Part shown: piece after piece, positions 24,061-36,325 of the stretch
Layout of the letters: each line of letters begins with the position of its first letter
Position numbering within the stretch: position 1 is the stretch's first letter
NCBI GenBank assembly: GCA_038087875.1
Contig: CM075987.1
Span: forward strand, 2,666,001 to 2,730,000
Direction: 5' to 3'
Source of the DNA: Malacoraja senta
Taxonomy: Eukaryota
Length of the DNA stretch: 64,000 bases
The notes under the pieces: generated by a model
Seen by the model: the letters and a program-made list of their open reading frames with translations, nothing else
Database searches by the model: none
Told to the model about the DNA's origin: nothing
Translations under genes and position numbers: made by a program

Positions 24061-25646
24061 TTTTTTGTTTTTTTTTAATATTTTATTTATTAGAAGTAAG
24101 TACAATACATTACAGTGGTACCTTTTTACAGGTTCCCAAAATTATGTTAACATTCTTTGTACAACTTCCCCTTTTTTTTAGAAAGAGATTAGGAAGAAAG
24201 AAATAGTAAAGAATAGAGGAAAGTCTAGTAAAAAAAAAAGAAGAGATAAGAACTAGTAAAGAAAAGAAATAAGTAGGAAAGTGAAGCAGAAGGGAGATTA
24301 TCCACCGCCACAGGTCGATGCTTTTTTATATTCTTGATCATTTTTCGCCCATACCTAAAACTTTTAATTTTTATGATACTGTTGCACCACATGAATCCAA
24401 AAAGTCAATAAATGGAGACCAACTCGTTAAGAATTGGTCTTGTTTGTCTATTAGGAGGAGTCTCATTTCTTCCAGGTGGGCAGTGTCCAACATATTACCG
24501 ATCCACATTTTGAGTGTTGGTATAGTAGCATTTTTCCAAAATTTAAGTATAAGTTTTTTTGCTGTTATTAAACCATAAATAAAAAATGAATTTGGGGATA
24601 TATTTAATTTGTTCCCATCTCCTATTACTCCAAATATAATCATTTCAGATTTAGGTTCCATTTTTTATCTTAAATAGACTAGTGAATAATATCAAATAAA
24701 TCACACCAAAATTTATGAAGTTTTGTGCAAGAAACAAAAGAGTGTGTGATATTGGCATTTTGAGAAAGACATTTGTCACAGATGGGAGAAATATTTGAAT
24801 AGAATTTATTCAACCTAGTTTTTGAATAATATAATCTATGTAATATTTTAAATTGAATTAAATTGTGTCTAGCATTAATCGAACATTTATGTATATATAT
24901 CAAATACTTTTCCCATGTTTCTTTAGAAATTTTTAACATTAATTCTTTTTCCCAGTCTTCTCTAATTGCCTCTGTTGATGGCAATTCTCTGTTAAGAATA
25001 CTATTATATAAATATGATATTATTTTTTGTGAGTCCGCCTTAATATTCATTGCTTCTTCCAGTGGGTCTATCATTATGCTCTGAAATCTTGGTATATATC
25101 TCTTCATAAAGTCACATATCTGTAAATATTTAAAATATTGGTTGTTATTCAGATTAAATTTTAATTTTAATTGTTGAAATGATAATAAATTTCCCATTTC
25201 ATACATGTCACCCATCTTTTTAATTCCCAATCTTTCCCATTGTCTATATGTTTTATCCATAAAAGATGGTTTAAATACTGGATTATTCACTATTGGTGTT
25301 AGTGATGACAGGTTTTTTAATTTTAAAGTTAATTTTATTTGTTTCCAAATTCGAATTATATTATGTATAATTGGATTCTTATATAATGTATTATTCAATT
25401 TTATCAGGGAGAAGAGGATCGCTCCTAAATCGTACGGAGAACAATCCTCTTTCTCCATTCTTATCCATTCCATCTGTTGAGAAGGGCTATCCAACCAATA
25501 AATTATATTCTTAATATGCACTGCCCAATAATAATATAAAAAATGAGGCAGTGCAAGTCCCCCTACCTCTTTAGATTTGCATAAATGTTTTTTTTAAATT
25601 CTATGTGCTTTATAGTCCCAAATAAAATTAGTAATATTAGAGTCTA
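24061..25646 (-). mobile_element. L1-clade LINE, 5'-truncated (ORF2 C-terminus with zinc-binding region), polyA tail, 13-bp TSD
   Basis: GGLALP, LIQFKILHRLY, CDKC..ITHSFVSC..LHKFW, WSPFIDFL; AATAAA plus polyA; TSD ACTGTGGCCCCTG at 24048-24060 and 25647-25659. Confidence 0.9.
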
Positions 25647-26262
25647 ACTGTGGCCCCTGGTTATGTGTGCTAATCTATCCCTTTGAAATTGGTGCACATC
25701 ACTACTGAAAGAATTGCTGACATTGTTGTTGTTTAGTGAACTGATCTCTGCCTCACAAAGGTTCATTACCAACTCTCTGACATGCTTCCACAACCCCACC
25801 AGTGAACATGACACCCTTGTTTTCTGCACAGTCACTGACTTAATTTCATGTGGAGATCTTTCTTCCATAGCGTCCACCTCCCAATCGCACACAGCCCACT
25901 TCTACCTGTCGCTAAGATAGCCAAGACCAGCCTTTTTCTTCCTGCATATATGTCCATGGCATCTCAATGTCATCCAATATTTCCTCTCAACATCTATCTC
26001 AAACCAGAAATCGGCCAGGGAGTCGGAAATCTTTTGATCCTTCCTTGAACAGAGGCCTAATCATTCCCTACTCTTGCCTCAGTTCTGAAATAGAACAACT
26101 TCTCTAACTCCATTCGCTTCTTCCGAATGAGAGATGGACCTATGGAAATCTGTATGGGCTCAATCTGTGCCTTTCCCTTTGGGTATGTGTGCTGTCCCTG
26201 TTTCAATCCTCCTTGGGTCTTCCCACTCTTGTCCTGGTGCATTAGTGCCGCTTCCTACTCTT

Positions 26263-27125
26263 GGGCGGCGCGACTCTCGTTTGCAGCGGCCTCTGCAGTC
26301 CGTCTGTCTTTTTATTATTTTGTCTCGTTTTTATGTAGTTTTTTATTATTTTTTTGTCGGGGTATGTGTGTGTGGGGGGGGGGGGGGGACTTTAAAATCT
26401 TTCCCCTGCACGGGAGACCCGACCTTTTCTTGTCAGGTCTCCGTTGTCGTTGGGGCTGGGCAACGTGGAGCGGCCTCCAGCAGGAGCGACCTGGGGCTCC
26501 AGTTGCGGAGCTGCGGACTACTCACCGTCGCGGGGATGGCCAAGTCCGGAGCGGGTGGAGCTGTGGTGGAGACAATCGCTGCTGCGACCCGACCCCCGGA
26601 GATTCGGAGGCTACAACCGCGGGTCTGGCGGACGGCAACACCGGAAGCCCGCGGGTCCCCTGGTGGGAGACCGCTTTTCGGGGCTTCCGCAGCGGCGACT
26701 TCTCCCACCCGAGTTGCGGGGTTGAAGAGCACCTGGAGCGGGGCTTTATCCCCCGCGCGGCTTGGAATGGCCGCAGGACTTTGCGGGCACGCGCCGGGGC
26801 TCTAACACCAAGACCCAGTGCGCGACCTTGCATCACCCGGCGTGGCTTTAATGGCCGCGGGATGATCACCATCGCCCACCGGGGGCTTTGACCTATGACT
26901 CTGATATCGGGGGGGGGGGGGAGGGAGTGCAGTGGAGAGATAAGGTTTTTTTGCCTTCCATCACAGCGTTGTGATGGATGTATGTGTAAATTGTGTTGTG
27001 TCTCGGTCTTCTTCGTTTTGTGATGTATGGCTGCAGAAACGATATTTCGTTTGGACCTCAAGGGTCCAAATGACAAATTTGTCCAAAAGACAAATAAACA
27101 AATTGTAAATTGTATTGTAATTGTA
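26263..27125 (+). mobile_element. GC-rich non-coding retroposon with Rex1-like 3' end
   Basis: CpG-rich body; two hairpins; TGACAAAT..AATAAA..(ATTGT)n tail; related copy at 45921-46270. Confidence 0.65.
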
Positions 27126-27198
27126 TAGACATCGCTTTTGTGGCAATTTACACATAGTCCACTTTAGACTCTTTCTTGACTTTGCTATCTCCACATCA

Positions 27199-27398
27199 NN
27201 NNNNNNNNNNNNNNNNNNNNNNNNNNNNNNNNNNNNNNNNNNNNNNNNNNNNNNNNNNNNNNNNNNNNNNNNNNNNNNNNNNNNNNNNNNNNNNNNNNNN
27301 NNNNNNNNNNNNNNNNNNNNNNNNNNNNNNNNNNNNNNNNNNNNNNNNNNNNNNNNNNNNNNNNNNNNNNNNNNNNNNNNNNNNNNNNNNNNNNNNNN
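27199..27398. other. Assembly gap
   Basis: Run of N. Confidence 1.
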
Positions 27399-28168
27399 TT
27401 AGTTATCAAGGAAAAGAGTTCCAATTCTTTGATATTATTCATATGGAGAAGAAAATATAATTGCTCAAAAACCTACCTTAATTTTGCAATCTCACCATAG
27501 ATAATCCCCCTTTCCCCCTCCTCCTTTCCCCTCCCTCTCCCTCCATCTCTCTCTCCCTCCCCATCTCTCTCTCCCCCTTCCCCTCTCTCTCTCTCTCTCC
27601 CCCCTCTGTCTCAACCCCCCCCCCCCCTTTCCCCAGCGGGCTGGCCTTAGGAGGTATGGGGCCCAATTGGGAACAATTTTGGTGAGGCCCCAGGTTCCCA
27701 GCCAAGATCTGTAGAATCATAGAAATACAAATAAAGTCTATTATAGACTTTATATCTCTATGGTAGAATAGAAAGTAATCAAAATGTGCGCTTAAAAAGT
27801 GCCTTCGAGTTATTGGATCAAACAGATCTAAGCTACATTTTAATGTATAATTTTATAAATGTAAGCCTACAAGTAACAAACAAAATGTGTAGATCACCTC
27901 TGAAAAGTACATAGTTACAATACCACTTGTTTTAGTGACTGTGAAATGAAAACAAAAGTAATTGAATTAACTAGATCGTGGGGGTGTGGGGGGGGGGTTG
28001 TGGTGTGTGTGTGTGTGTGTGTGTGTGTGTTGTCTGCGTTATGTGTGTGTGTGTGTGTGTGTGTGTGTTAGTTGTCTGTGCGTTATGTGTGTGTGGGGGG
28101 AAGGAGAGAAGGAAGGGAGGAAGGAGAGAAGGGAGTGAGGAAAGTAGAGAAAGAAGGGAGGGAGGGGA

Positions 28169-28306
28169 NNNNNNNNNNNNNNNNNNNNNNNNNNNNNNNN
28201 NNNNNNNNNNNNNNNNNNNNNNNNNNNNNNNNNNNNNNNNNNNNNNNNNNNNNNNNNNNNNNNNNNNNNNNNNNNNNNNNNNNNNNNNNNNNNNNNNNNN
28301 NNNNNN
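28169..28306. other. Assembly gap
   Basis: Run of N. Confidence 1.
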
Positions 28307-28689
28307 GGAGCGGGTGCCGAGGTCCGGTCGAACGCATGTGAGATGAGGCCGAGGTTTGTAAACGTTGCTCCAAACCCCGACCCGGCCCTCCCTGTATTGT
28401 TCACCGTGTCTCCCCGGGGAGAGAGAGGGGTGGAGTCGGGGCTGTGTGCGTGAAACACGGCGACTGGAGGGGCGGGAGCGCTGCCCTTGGACCGTGAGGG
28501 ACCTCCCCCTCTCCCCCTTCTCCATTCCCCCTCACACCCCCCTCCCCGTCTACCCCTTTCTTCCCCTCCACCCCTCTACTCTCTCTCCACCCCTCTCTTC
28601 CCCCTTCACCCGGGGTAGATCTACCCGAGCCGAGAGTAGATTACTCCACAGGGCTCTCACTTAACTTTTTTTCCCTGTTGCCAGCCAGT

Positions 28690-29010
28690 AAAAGATGAAT
28701 GAGGGAATCAGTACAGGATGGATCGGGGGGGATCAGTATAGGATGAATGAGGGGATCAGTATAGGATGAATGGGGGGTGGCAGTGCAGGATGGATGGGAA
28801 AGGGGATGAGTACAGGATGAATTGGGGCAGGACCAGTGTAGGATGGATGGGGGGTGGTGGCAGGAGAATCAATGCGAGGTTAATAGGGAGATGAGTGCAG
28901 GATGAATAGATGGGGGGGGGGTAGATGGGAAGGGGAGCACAGGGGATGTCAGTGAGGACTGAATAGAGGCGGGAATGGGGATCAGTGGAGAGGAGGGGTC
29001 CCAGGATAAG
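28690..29010 (+). repeat. Degenerate ~24-25-bp tandem repeat (GGGATCAGTAYAGGATGAATGRGG)
   Basis: Recurring GATCAGTAYAGGATG units. Confidence 0.7.
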
Positions 29011-30195
29011 GGGGGCATACAAGAGAGAGAGAGAGAGAGGGGGGGGGGAGGTGGGGGGGAAGGAAGGTCAGCGCTCATCGGACAGGGACGGTATCATCGT
29101 CCCGCTGCCTTGGCCGCCTCTGTCCACCGCCGCCGCCAATGGGGGAGGCCGTTGGGATCTCCTCGCCACCGCCTCCCATCCTCCAGCAAGGTGCGGGGCC
29201 GAGCAGTGCAGGTGCTTCAGACAGCGAAAGGGGGCCTCCCCCCCCCCCCCCCCCCCTCCCCCTCCCCCCTCCCCCCCTCCCTCCCTCCCCCTCCTCCCTC
29301 CCTCCCTCCCTCCCTCCCTCCCTCCCTCCCTCCCTCTCGGCGTGTGTGGGAGGGTTTGTTTTGAAAGCAGTATCGCCGTTAGCGGATTGGTGGGCGGGGT
29401 GCTGGAGGAGGAGGAGGAGCCGCTATCGCTGTCGCTGCCAAAGATCCTATAGTTGGCCGCTGCTGTGCGGGGCCCGTCATTCGTTCTGACCCTTCGTCAC
29501 ACCACACCCCTTATCTTTGTTCCGCACTATGTCGTCGGCGCCGACATGAAACGTCACGTTCCTTTTCTCCAGAGATGCTGCCTGACCCACTGAGTTACTC
29601 CAATTTTTCGTGTCTATCTTTGGTATAAACCAGTATCTGCAGTGCCAAGCCGGGCACTGCGCGGGGCCCCCCTTCGGCGCGGGGCCCAATTGGGAGCAAC
29701 CGGTCCAATCGGCTTAAGGCCGGCCCTGCCTTTCCCCCTCTCACATCCCCTCCCCCCCCCCCCCCCCCCCCCCAGCCAGGAGAAACGGGCACTCCCACAA
29801 CGCAATATTCCACTACTTACCTGGAGTAAACACCTAGGATCTTTGGTAGACACAAGGCATCGAGGTGATTGTGTGGAGTGCAAATGGAGATCTGAACCCG
29901 CCCGGGCCCACTGCGAACGCGCGGAGGGACAGCTTCCTTTTGCGTCGCTACTGCGTCACCAGCTTCCCCCAACTGCGCAGGCGCGGATGGTCGCAATTTT
30001 TTTTCCCCAAAACTTCCAGTGGAACGGAAACAGAATTTCGGGTAATTTCCGTCAAAGTGGAAATGCTGATAGCGCTCCAAATTTTTTTTTCTTGGGATTT
30101 TTTTACTCTGGGAAAAAAACACCTTGGTCGGAGGCCCCTAGATTTTGAGGCCCTAGGCTTCAGTCTATGAAGCCTATATGTAAATCCGGCCCTTG

Positions 30196-31265
30196 TATGA
30201 ATATTGATGAAGGCAGAGCAGTAGTGGTTTTATGTGCAAATCTTAATGATAAAGCATTAGGCAAGGTCCTGCAGGTAGGTTAGTACCAAAGTAAAGGTAC
30301 ATGTGATCCAAGATGAGGTGGCTAATTGAATCTAAAATTGGCTCGGTAATAGGAGGCAGAGAACAGCGCTGGAAGGATATCTTTCTGATTGGAAATCTGT
30401 GACCAGTGTTCTACTGCAGGAACTGTGGCCTTTGGAGACACAGGGAACTGCAGATGCTATTATAATACGACAAAGTGTTGAAGTAACTCAGCGAGTCAAG
30501 CTGCATCTCTGGAGAATATGGAAAGATGACATTTCAGATTGGGACCCTTCTTCAGACGTTTCAGATTCATGTTCTCCAGAGATGCTGGCCGACCTGAGTT
30601 ACTCCAGTCTTTGAGTCTTTTGCAGTGACCTTTGTTGCTTTATATATAGCAACAACTCTGATATTAACATGGAGGGTATGATTAGTAAGTTTGTGGAGAA
30701 CATGGAAGGTGGTAATGTTGTGAATAGCGAGGTAGGTTGTCTAAGCAGTCTATAGATCAGGTAGAAAGCTTTGTGAAGATTTGAGAGGTGGAGTTTAATC
30801 CCGCAAAGTGTGAGGTAGTGCATTTTGGGTCATATATGTATAGGACAAATGTAATAAATGGTAGGCCTCTAAGGATTGTCAATGAACAGAGGGACCTTGG
30901 AGTTCAAGTCCATAGTTTCTGAAAATAGCAACATTGGTGAAAGTGGCAAATGGCTTCATAGGTCAGGGCACAGAATATAAAGTATGGGACATAGGTTATG
31001 TTGCAACTTTATAAAACATTGGTTAGACTGCACTTGGAATACTGTGTGTAGTTCTGATCACCACTTTATAGGAAGCATATACTGTAGTTATTGCTGCGAA
31101 GAATGCATAAGATTGACCAGGATATTGGTGGGATTGAAGAGCTTTAGTTGCAGGGAGAGATTGGATAGGCTGGGCTTGTTTACCCTCAAAGGACACTGAG
31201 GGTTGACCTGATAAAAGTTAACTAAACTATAAGAGCCATAAACAGGTCGGTGGTCAAAATTTTTT
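30196..31265 (+). mobile_element. Old CR1 RT fragment, interrupted by a PLE palindrome
   Basis: Degenerate homology to CR1 ORF2 (WI*NWL, KCEVVHFG, HLEYCV, RERLDRLGLF). Confidence 0.75.
30435..30624. mobile_element. Inverted-repeat PLE pLTR mini-element
   Basis: pLTR 3' ends on both strands; degenerate hammerhead (GACCCTTCTTCAGAC); possible TSD GTGRCCTTTG. Confidence 0.6.
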
Positions 31266-31849
31266 TCATGGTTCGTCATTTTATTTGGCAGTTTTGCAGA
31301 ATACCTCAAATTAGTTTGCAAGTGTGGTTCTGAACTTCCAGTATCCTGTCATGTTACTTCTCTATCACACTCCCATTTGACCTCTGACACTGTTGCACAA
31401 AGCGAGGTGTAAGCCCAAGCAGCACCTTCCCTCTTGACTGGGCACATTGGTTCGATGTTAGCAATACTGAATTCAACAATTTCACGTTAAGTTTATTATT
31501 CTCACATGTGCTGAGATACTGTGAAAAGCTTTGTTTTGCCTGCTATCCAAGAGATACCAGACAATCTGTTCAAACTCAAGTACAATAGATAGAGCAAAGG
31601 GGAAGATGCAGAGTGCAGAATATAGTTCTCAGCATTGTAGAGCAACAGTTCTATATATGAAGTCCAATGGCCACAGTGCTGAGATTTGGGCTTCATGAGT
31701 GCAACTGGCCAGCTGAGTGAGTGTGAGCCGTTACTGGGAACTGGCAGGGGCTGTTTGCATTGACAGACAGTCGGATCACATGTTCTGTCTCGTTACTTCT
31801 TCCTGGAGATCATAAGAACTGATATCCCTAGTCTCCCGTGTTTAGCTGT

Positions 31850-32250
31850 ACACCTCTTCCAGCGAACACCAATAAGTTTGTTACCTTAGAGAAATCTCCG
31901 GGTTGGTCAGGCTTCTGCAGTGAATCAAGGGCAGCCACTTCATTTACCTACAACTGGTGATGACAAGAGGCGGTTTGTCAACACCTTGAGTCGGTATTAC
32001 CAGTCTCCAGCTATGGCCCATACTCACTGTACTAGTTGGAGTGCCGCTCAGAATTGAATGGAAACCTCACTCGCCCCAGCCCCAGTCATCGCAGGTAGAT
32101 TCGACACAGAGCCAAAGAGTACTCTTTGCTACGAGTGTGCTGGCAGCCCCAGTGGACCTCTCTTTTAAACTGTGGTATTACGTAGCTGAGAATGTTTGGT
32201 GTGGAGGATCAAGAAGATTCCAACAAGTGAGTGCTCAACAGGCTATAGCG
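31850..32250 (+). mobile_element. Very old RTE-like LINE fragment
   Basis: Frame-broken SHFIYL, STLCYEC, FKLWYY, SNK*VLNR resemble RTE FxYLG / LLYGCE / FELWC / SNxEVL motifs. Confidence 0.35.
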
Positions 32251-32266
32251 TTACAGGTTAATAGTC

Positions 32267-32492
32267 CGCAGACAAAATGCTGGAGAAACTCAGCGGGTGA
32301 GGCAGCATCTAAGGAGCGAAAGAAATAGGCAACATTTCGGGTCGAAACCCTTCTTCAGACACATTGAAGAAGGGTTTCAACCTGAAATGTTGCCTATTTC
32401 CTTCGCTCCATAGATGCTGCCTCACCCGCTGAGTTTCTCCAGCATATTTGTCTACCTTCGATTTTCCAGCATCTGCAGTTCCTTCTTAAACA
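32267..32492. mobile_element. Inverted-repeat PLE mini-element with two hammerheads on opposite strands (32328-32360 minus; 32363-32394 plus) and a 15-bp TSD
   Basis: Arms are reverse complements of each other; TACAGGTTAATRGTC at 32252-32266 and 32493-32507. Confidence 0.85.
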
Positions 32493-33169
32493 TACAGGTT
32501 AATGGTCATTGGGTTGCTCAAACATAAAGGTGGAAGGAAGATTATCTTCCATATGTTAGGTTACTGTTTGATTCACCTCTATCTCAGCACTGTGACCATA
32601 CCACATCCCCTAGCCCTCACAAGCAGCTTCTTTTTCAATGTGAAATGGACAAATCTATCCGTGATCAAATGGTCATCAGTTTTCTCCCTCCATTGATGCT
32701 AATGATATGTCGGGTATTTCTAGCATTTTCTTTCATTTCAGAAATCCAGCAACGATAGGCATGATTCCAACATTATTTTTCTTTCTCCTTCCACTATTTT
32801 ACATCTCCATTCACATCAGCTATGATTACCAAGCCTCCAACGCCCTCTTTCATCACTAGCATCACTTTGTCTTACATCTTATTATCTGCTTCCATTACCA
32901 CCCATCCATTCCCTGCATATCCATACGCTTGTCTAAATGCCTCTTAAATGCCACTCATAACTGCTTCCATTACCACTCAAGTAATTTGCATTCCAGGCAC
33001 CCACCACTCTTATAAAAGAAAACATGCCTTGCGGATCTCTTTTAAACATTCCCCCTCATACCTTCAAGCCAAGTCCTCGAGTATGTGACATTCCCACCTT
33101 GGGTATAAAGATTCTAACTGTGTGTCCTATCTCTGCATTTCTGCATTTAATGCATTTCTGCATTAAAGT

Positions 33170-33985
33170 AAGGCTGCGTACTCTCTCCTCTCCTCTACTC
33201 TCTCTACACCAACGACTGCACCTCCACAGACACCTCTGCCAACCTTCTCAAGTTTGCGGACGACACAACCCTGATTGGACTGATCCAGGATGGGGAGGAA
33301 TCTGCCTACAGATAGGAAGTGACACAGCTGGCGTCCTGGTGCCGTCGCAACAACCTAGAGCTCAATGCTCTTAAGACAGTGGAATTGATTTTAGACTTTA
33401 GGAGAGCTCCCCCTCCCCTCACCCCACTCACCATCAACAACACAACAGTCACATCTGTGGAGTATTTTAAGTTCCTGGGAACCATCATCTCCAAGGACCT
33501 TAAGTGGGGGGCTACCTTCGACTCCACAGACAAAAGGGCACAACAGAGGATGTACTTCCTACGGCAGCTGAGGAAGCACAATCTGCCATTGATGAACTGT
33601 ACACTGCAAGGGCCAGGAAGCGAGCGGGTAAGATCATCTCTGACCCCTCTCACCCTGGCCACAAACTCTTTGAATCACTTCCCTCTGGAAGGGCGACTCT
33701 GGATTGTCAAAGCTGCCACAGCCAGACATAGAAACAGTTTTTATCCACGAGTAGTTGCTCTACTCAACAGCCAAAAATCTGTAGCCTCCCTTTGATCCGG
33801 TATTTTGTTGGTTCACATGCTTGATCAATGGTGTTTTATCATTAATGTTTTATTTTTATTAATGTTTAGTGTTTTCTGAGTCATTCGTAACTGTGTCTGT
33901 ATGTCATGTTGTTACTTGTGGGCGGAGCACCAAGGCAAATTCCTTGTATGTGAATACTTGGCCAATAAATTTACTTACTTACTTC
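33170..33985 (+). mobile_element. Rex1/Babar LINE, 5'-truncated and internally deleted, nested in a CR1 remnant (~32890-34000, minus)
   Basis: LSPLLYSLYTNDC, KFADDTTLIGLI, WCRRNNLELNALKTVELILDFRR, DPSHPGHKLF; (ACTT)n tail. Confidence 0.9.
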
Positions 33986-35174
33986 ATGATTTTATAAACT
34001 TTGTTTGGTCTCACTTGGTCTCCAGCCTATCATACACATACCTCTCGCCTTGCATCTCACCCCACCTCTCAGCAACTTAAAGCATGTTTGAATTCTCATC
34101 TTTCCAAGTTCTGAATACTGATCGTCCAATACTGATCGTCTCTCCACAGATGCTGCTTGGCCTACACAATATTTTCCAGATTTTCTATTTTTATTCAGTT
34201 TTAATTTTGCAATTAACATGTTTTATTCCTTCCCAAAACATTTTGTTTCAAAGGCAAAATTAGAAAAATGGAAATTACTTTGCATTTTAAACAAATTCTG
34301 CGAGTAGTTTTCATTCTAAACCAAATTTCACATCTCCTTTCAGCTTCACAAAATTAGAAGTCTAATTTGAAATAAATAAAAGTCAACTATAAATACCATG
34401 ATAAGTGTGTTGTGGTTACATTATGGTAATTTAATTCCAATGTAAAGATAAATCAATGGAGTGTTTTATATTTTGTAAGAATCAAAAATAAAAGTCCATT
34501 AAAATTCAATTAAACAATAATGTTGTAATTAAAAGAATCATCATCAAAGTTATCAGCAAATAGGGAATCCTGACTTTCCTATTTTGTCCAGGCTTTATTG
34601 AGTTTGCGAGGTCTCTTTTAAAAAAGGACTACAGTTTATTTCAATGCCGAGAACAAATAGCTGAGACTATGTCAGTGGAGACTTAACTTTATTTACACTG
34701 TGCTCTGCTACAGAATGAGCTTTACTTCTGCCTTCCTCAGCATTCTCTGCACAACACATCGATGCATAAATGTTAGAAGCAAAATGTTAACTTTCCCAAA
34801 TGCTTTACTTGATGACCTTGCTGCCTATCATTCCTGTGGGGATTAATCTCATCAGAATTTTTACCCATTTTTCTTTCGCTCTTCACTATTGCTTTTTGCA
34901 CTTCATTTCATCCACTGTCAATAAGATTCCTTCCACTCTTATTGTAGGTGACTGTACTATTATCATTTATTTGAATCGTGGCTCAGAGGTAATAATGCCA
35001 TGCCACTATTCCCACACTCCAATCCCATTCAACCTTCTAACTCTGAAACCACCTTCAGAGGGATCTTGGGGTCTACTGTGGACCTGTTGCTGGGTAAACA
35101 GCACTGCAGTAGGTGAATTGCACTGCATCAAGGCTGGCTGGGAGGCTGGAGTTGAAGTGCTCCATCCAAGTGCC

Positions 35175-35450
35175 AAGTTCACCAAATACGGCCAAACCAA
35201 TGATTTATAAAGCTGCAACATGACTTCCTCACTCTTATATTCAATGTCCCGAACAATGAAGGTAAGCTTACCACTGTAGCTTCTTGTGTTGCCCCTTTCA
35301 GGGAGCTGTAGACTTTGATCCCCCTGTACATCAATGCTATGAAGGGTCGTGCCATTAACTGTATACATTCCTCTTCCATTTGACCTTCCAGAATGCAGCA
35401 CCTCACACTTGATTGGATTGAACCCCATCTACCATTTCCCCAACATATCT
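35175..35450 (-). mobile_element. CR1 fragment
   Basis: FNPIKCEVLH, IEYKSEEVMLQLYKSLVWP. Confidence 0.75.
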
Positions 35451-35509
35451 GTAAATACATGAAAAAAGCCAGAAGTCCTCGTGCAACCGAGGACAGTCCA
35501 TAGTTCATA

Positions 35510-36325
35510 GATTAGTTAGTTGTTTGTAGTGTTCAAGAGCTTGATGGCTGCTGGGAAGAAGCTTAGTTTAGTTTAGGTTAGAGATACAGTGCGGAAACAG
35601 GCCCTTTGGCCCATCCAGTCCACGCCGACCAACGATCCCCGCACATTAACACTATGCTACACACACCAGGGACAATGTTTTTACATTTATACCAAGCCAA
35701 TTAACCTACAAACATGTATGTTTTTGGAGTGTGGGAGGAAACCGAAGATCTCGGAGAAACCCATACAGTCACGGGGAAAACGTACAATCTCCATACATAC
35801 AGCACTCATAGTCTGGCTTGAATCCGGGTCTCTGGTGCCGTAAGTGCTGTAAGACAGCAACTCTACCGCTGCACGACCGTGCTGCCCTAAGCTAGTCTCG
35901 AAGCTGGTGGTCATGGATTTCAGTCTCCTATACCTTCTACCCGATGGTACGAGTGGAATAACAGCATTGGCAGTGTGGTGTGGGTCTTTGATAATGCTGG
36001 CTGCCTTTTTGAGACAATGCCTCTTATAGATCCCTTTGATGGTGGGGAGGTCAGTACTCACAATGGAATGGACAGTCCTCACCACTTTGTAATCTCCTTC
36101 ACACCTGGGTATTCCAGTTGCCAAATGAGACCATGAAGCAGCCAGTCAATACGCTCTTCACCGTGCACCTGTAGAACTTCTGGAAAGTAGTCACTCACAT
36201 ACTGAATCTCCTCAAATCTCTAAGTAAGTAGAGGCGTTGATGGACTTTCTTTTTGATTGCACCAATGTGTAGGGCCCTGGATATGCATGACTAGGAACTT
36301 AAAATGTTTGACTCTCTCCACTGCC
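35510..36325 (-). mobile_element. Rex1-type fragment split by a V-SINE
   Basis: CLKKAASIIKDPHH..PSGRRYRRLK. Confidence 0.75.
35563..35888 (-). mobile_element. HE1-like V-SINE
   Basis: GGGCAGCACGGTCGTGCAGCGGTAG head, V-domain, CR1-derived tail. Confidence 0.85.

Larger units (their letters stand above)
27634..29728. mobile_element. hAT-like non-autonomous element with 8-bp TSD
   Basis: CCTTTCCC|CAG(CG)GGCTGGCCTTAGG ... CTTAAGGCCGGCCCTG|CCTTTCCC; GGGCCCAATTGGGA repeated subterminally at both ends. Confidence 0.7.
27399..30195. mobile_element. Outer hAT-like non-autonomous element (left end presumably in the gap)
   Basis: Right end GAGGCCCTAGGCTTCAG..GCCTATATGTAAATCCGGCCCTTG is typical of hAT termini; left TIR not visible. 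Confidence 0.45.

Noticed and set aside
26127-27076. Several overlapping 180-250 aa ORFs
   Set aside because: Result of GC-rich, stop-poor repeat sequence; no motifs
28975-29489. Proline-rich ORFs / first exon of a host gene in a CpG island
   Set aside because: Low-complexity C-runs inside a TSD-bounded hAT-like element; no convincing start or splice donor
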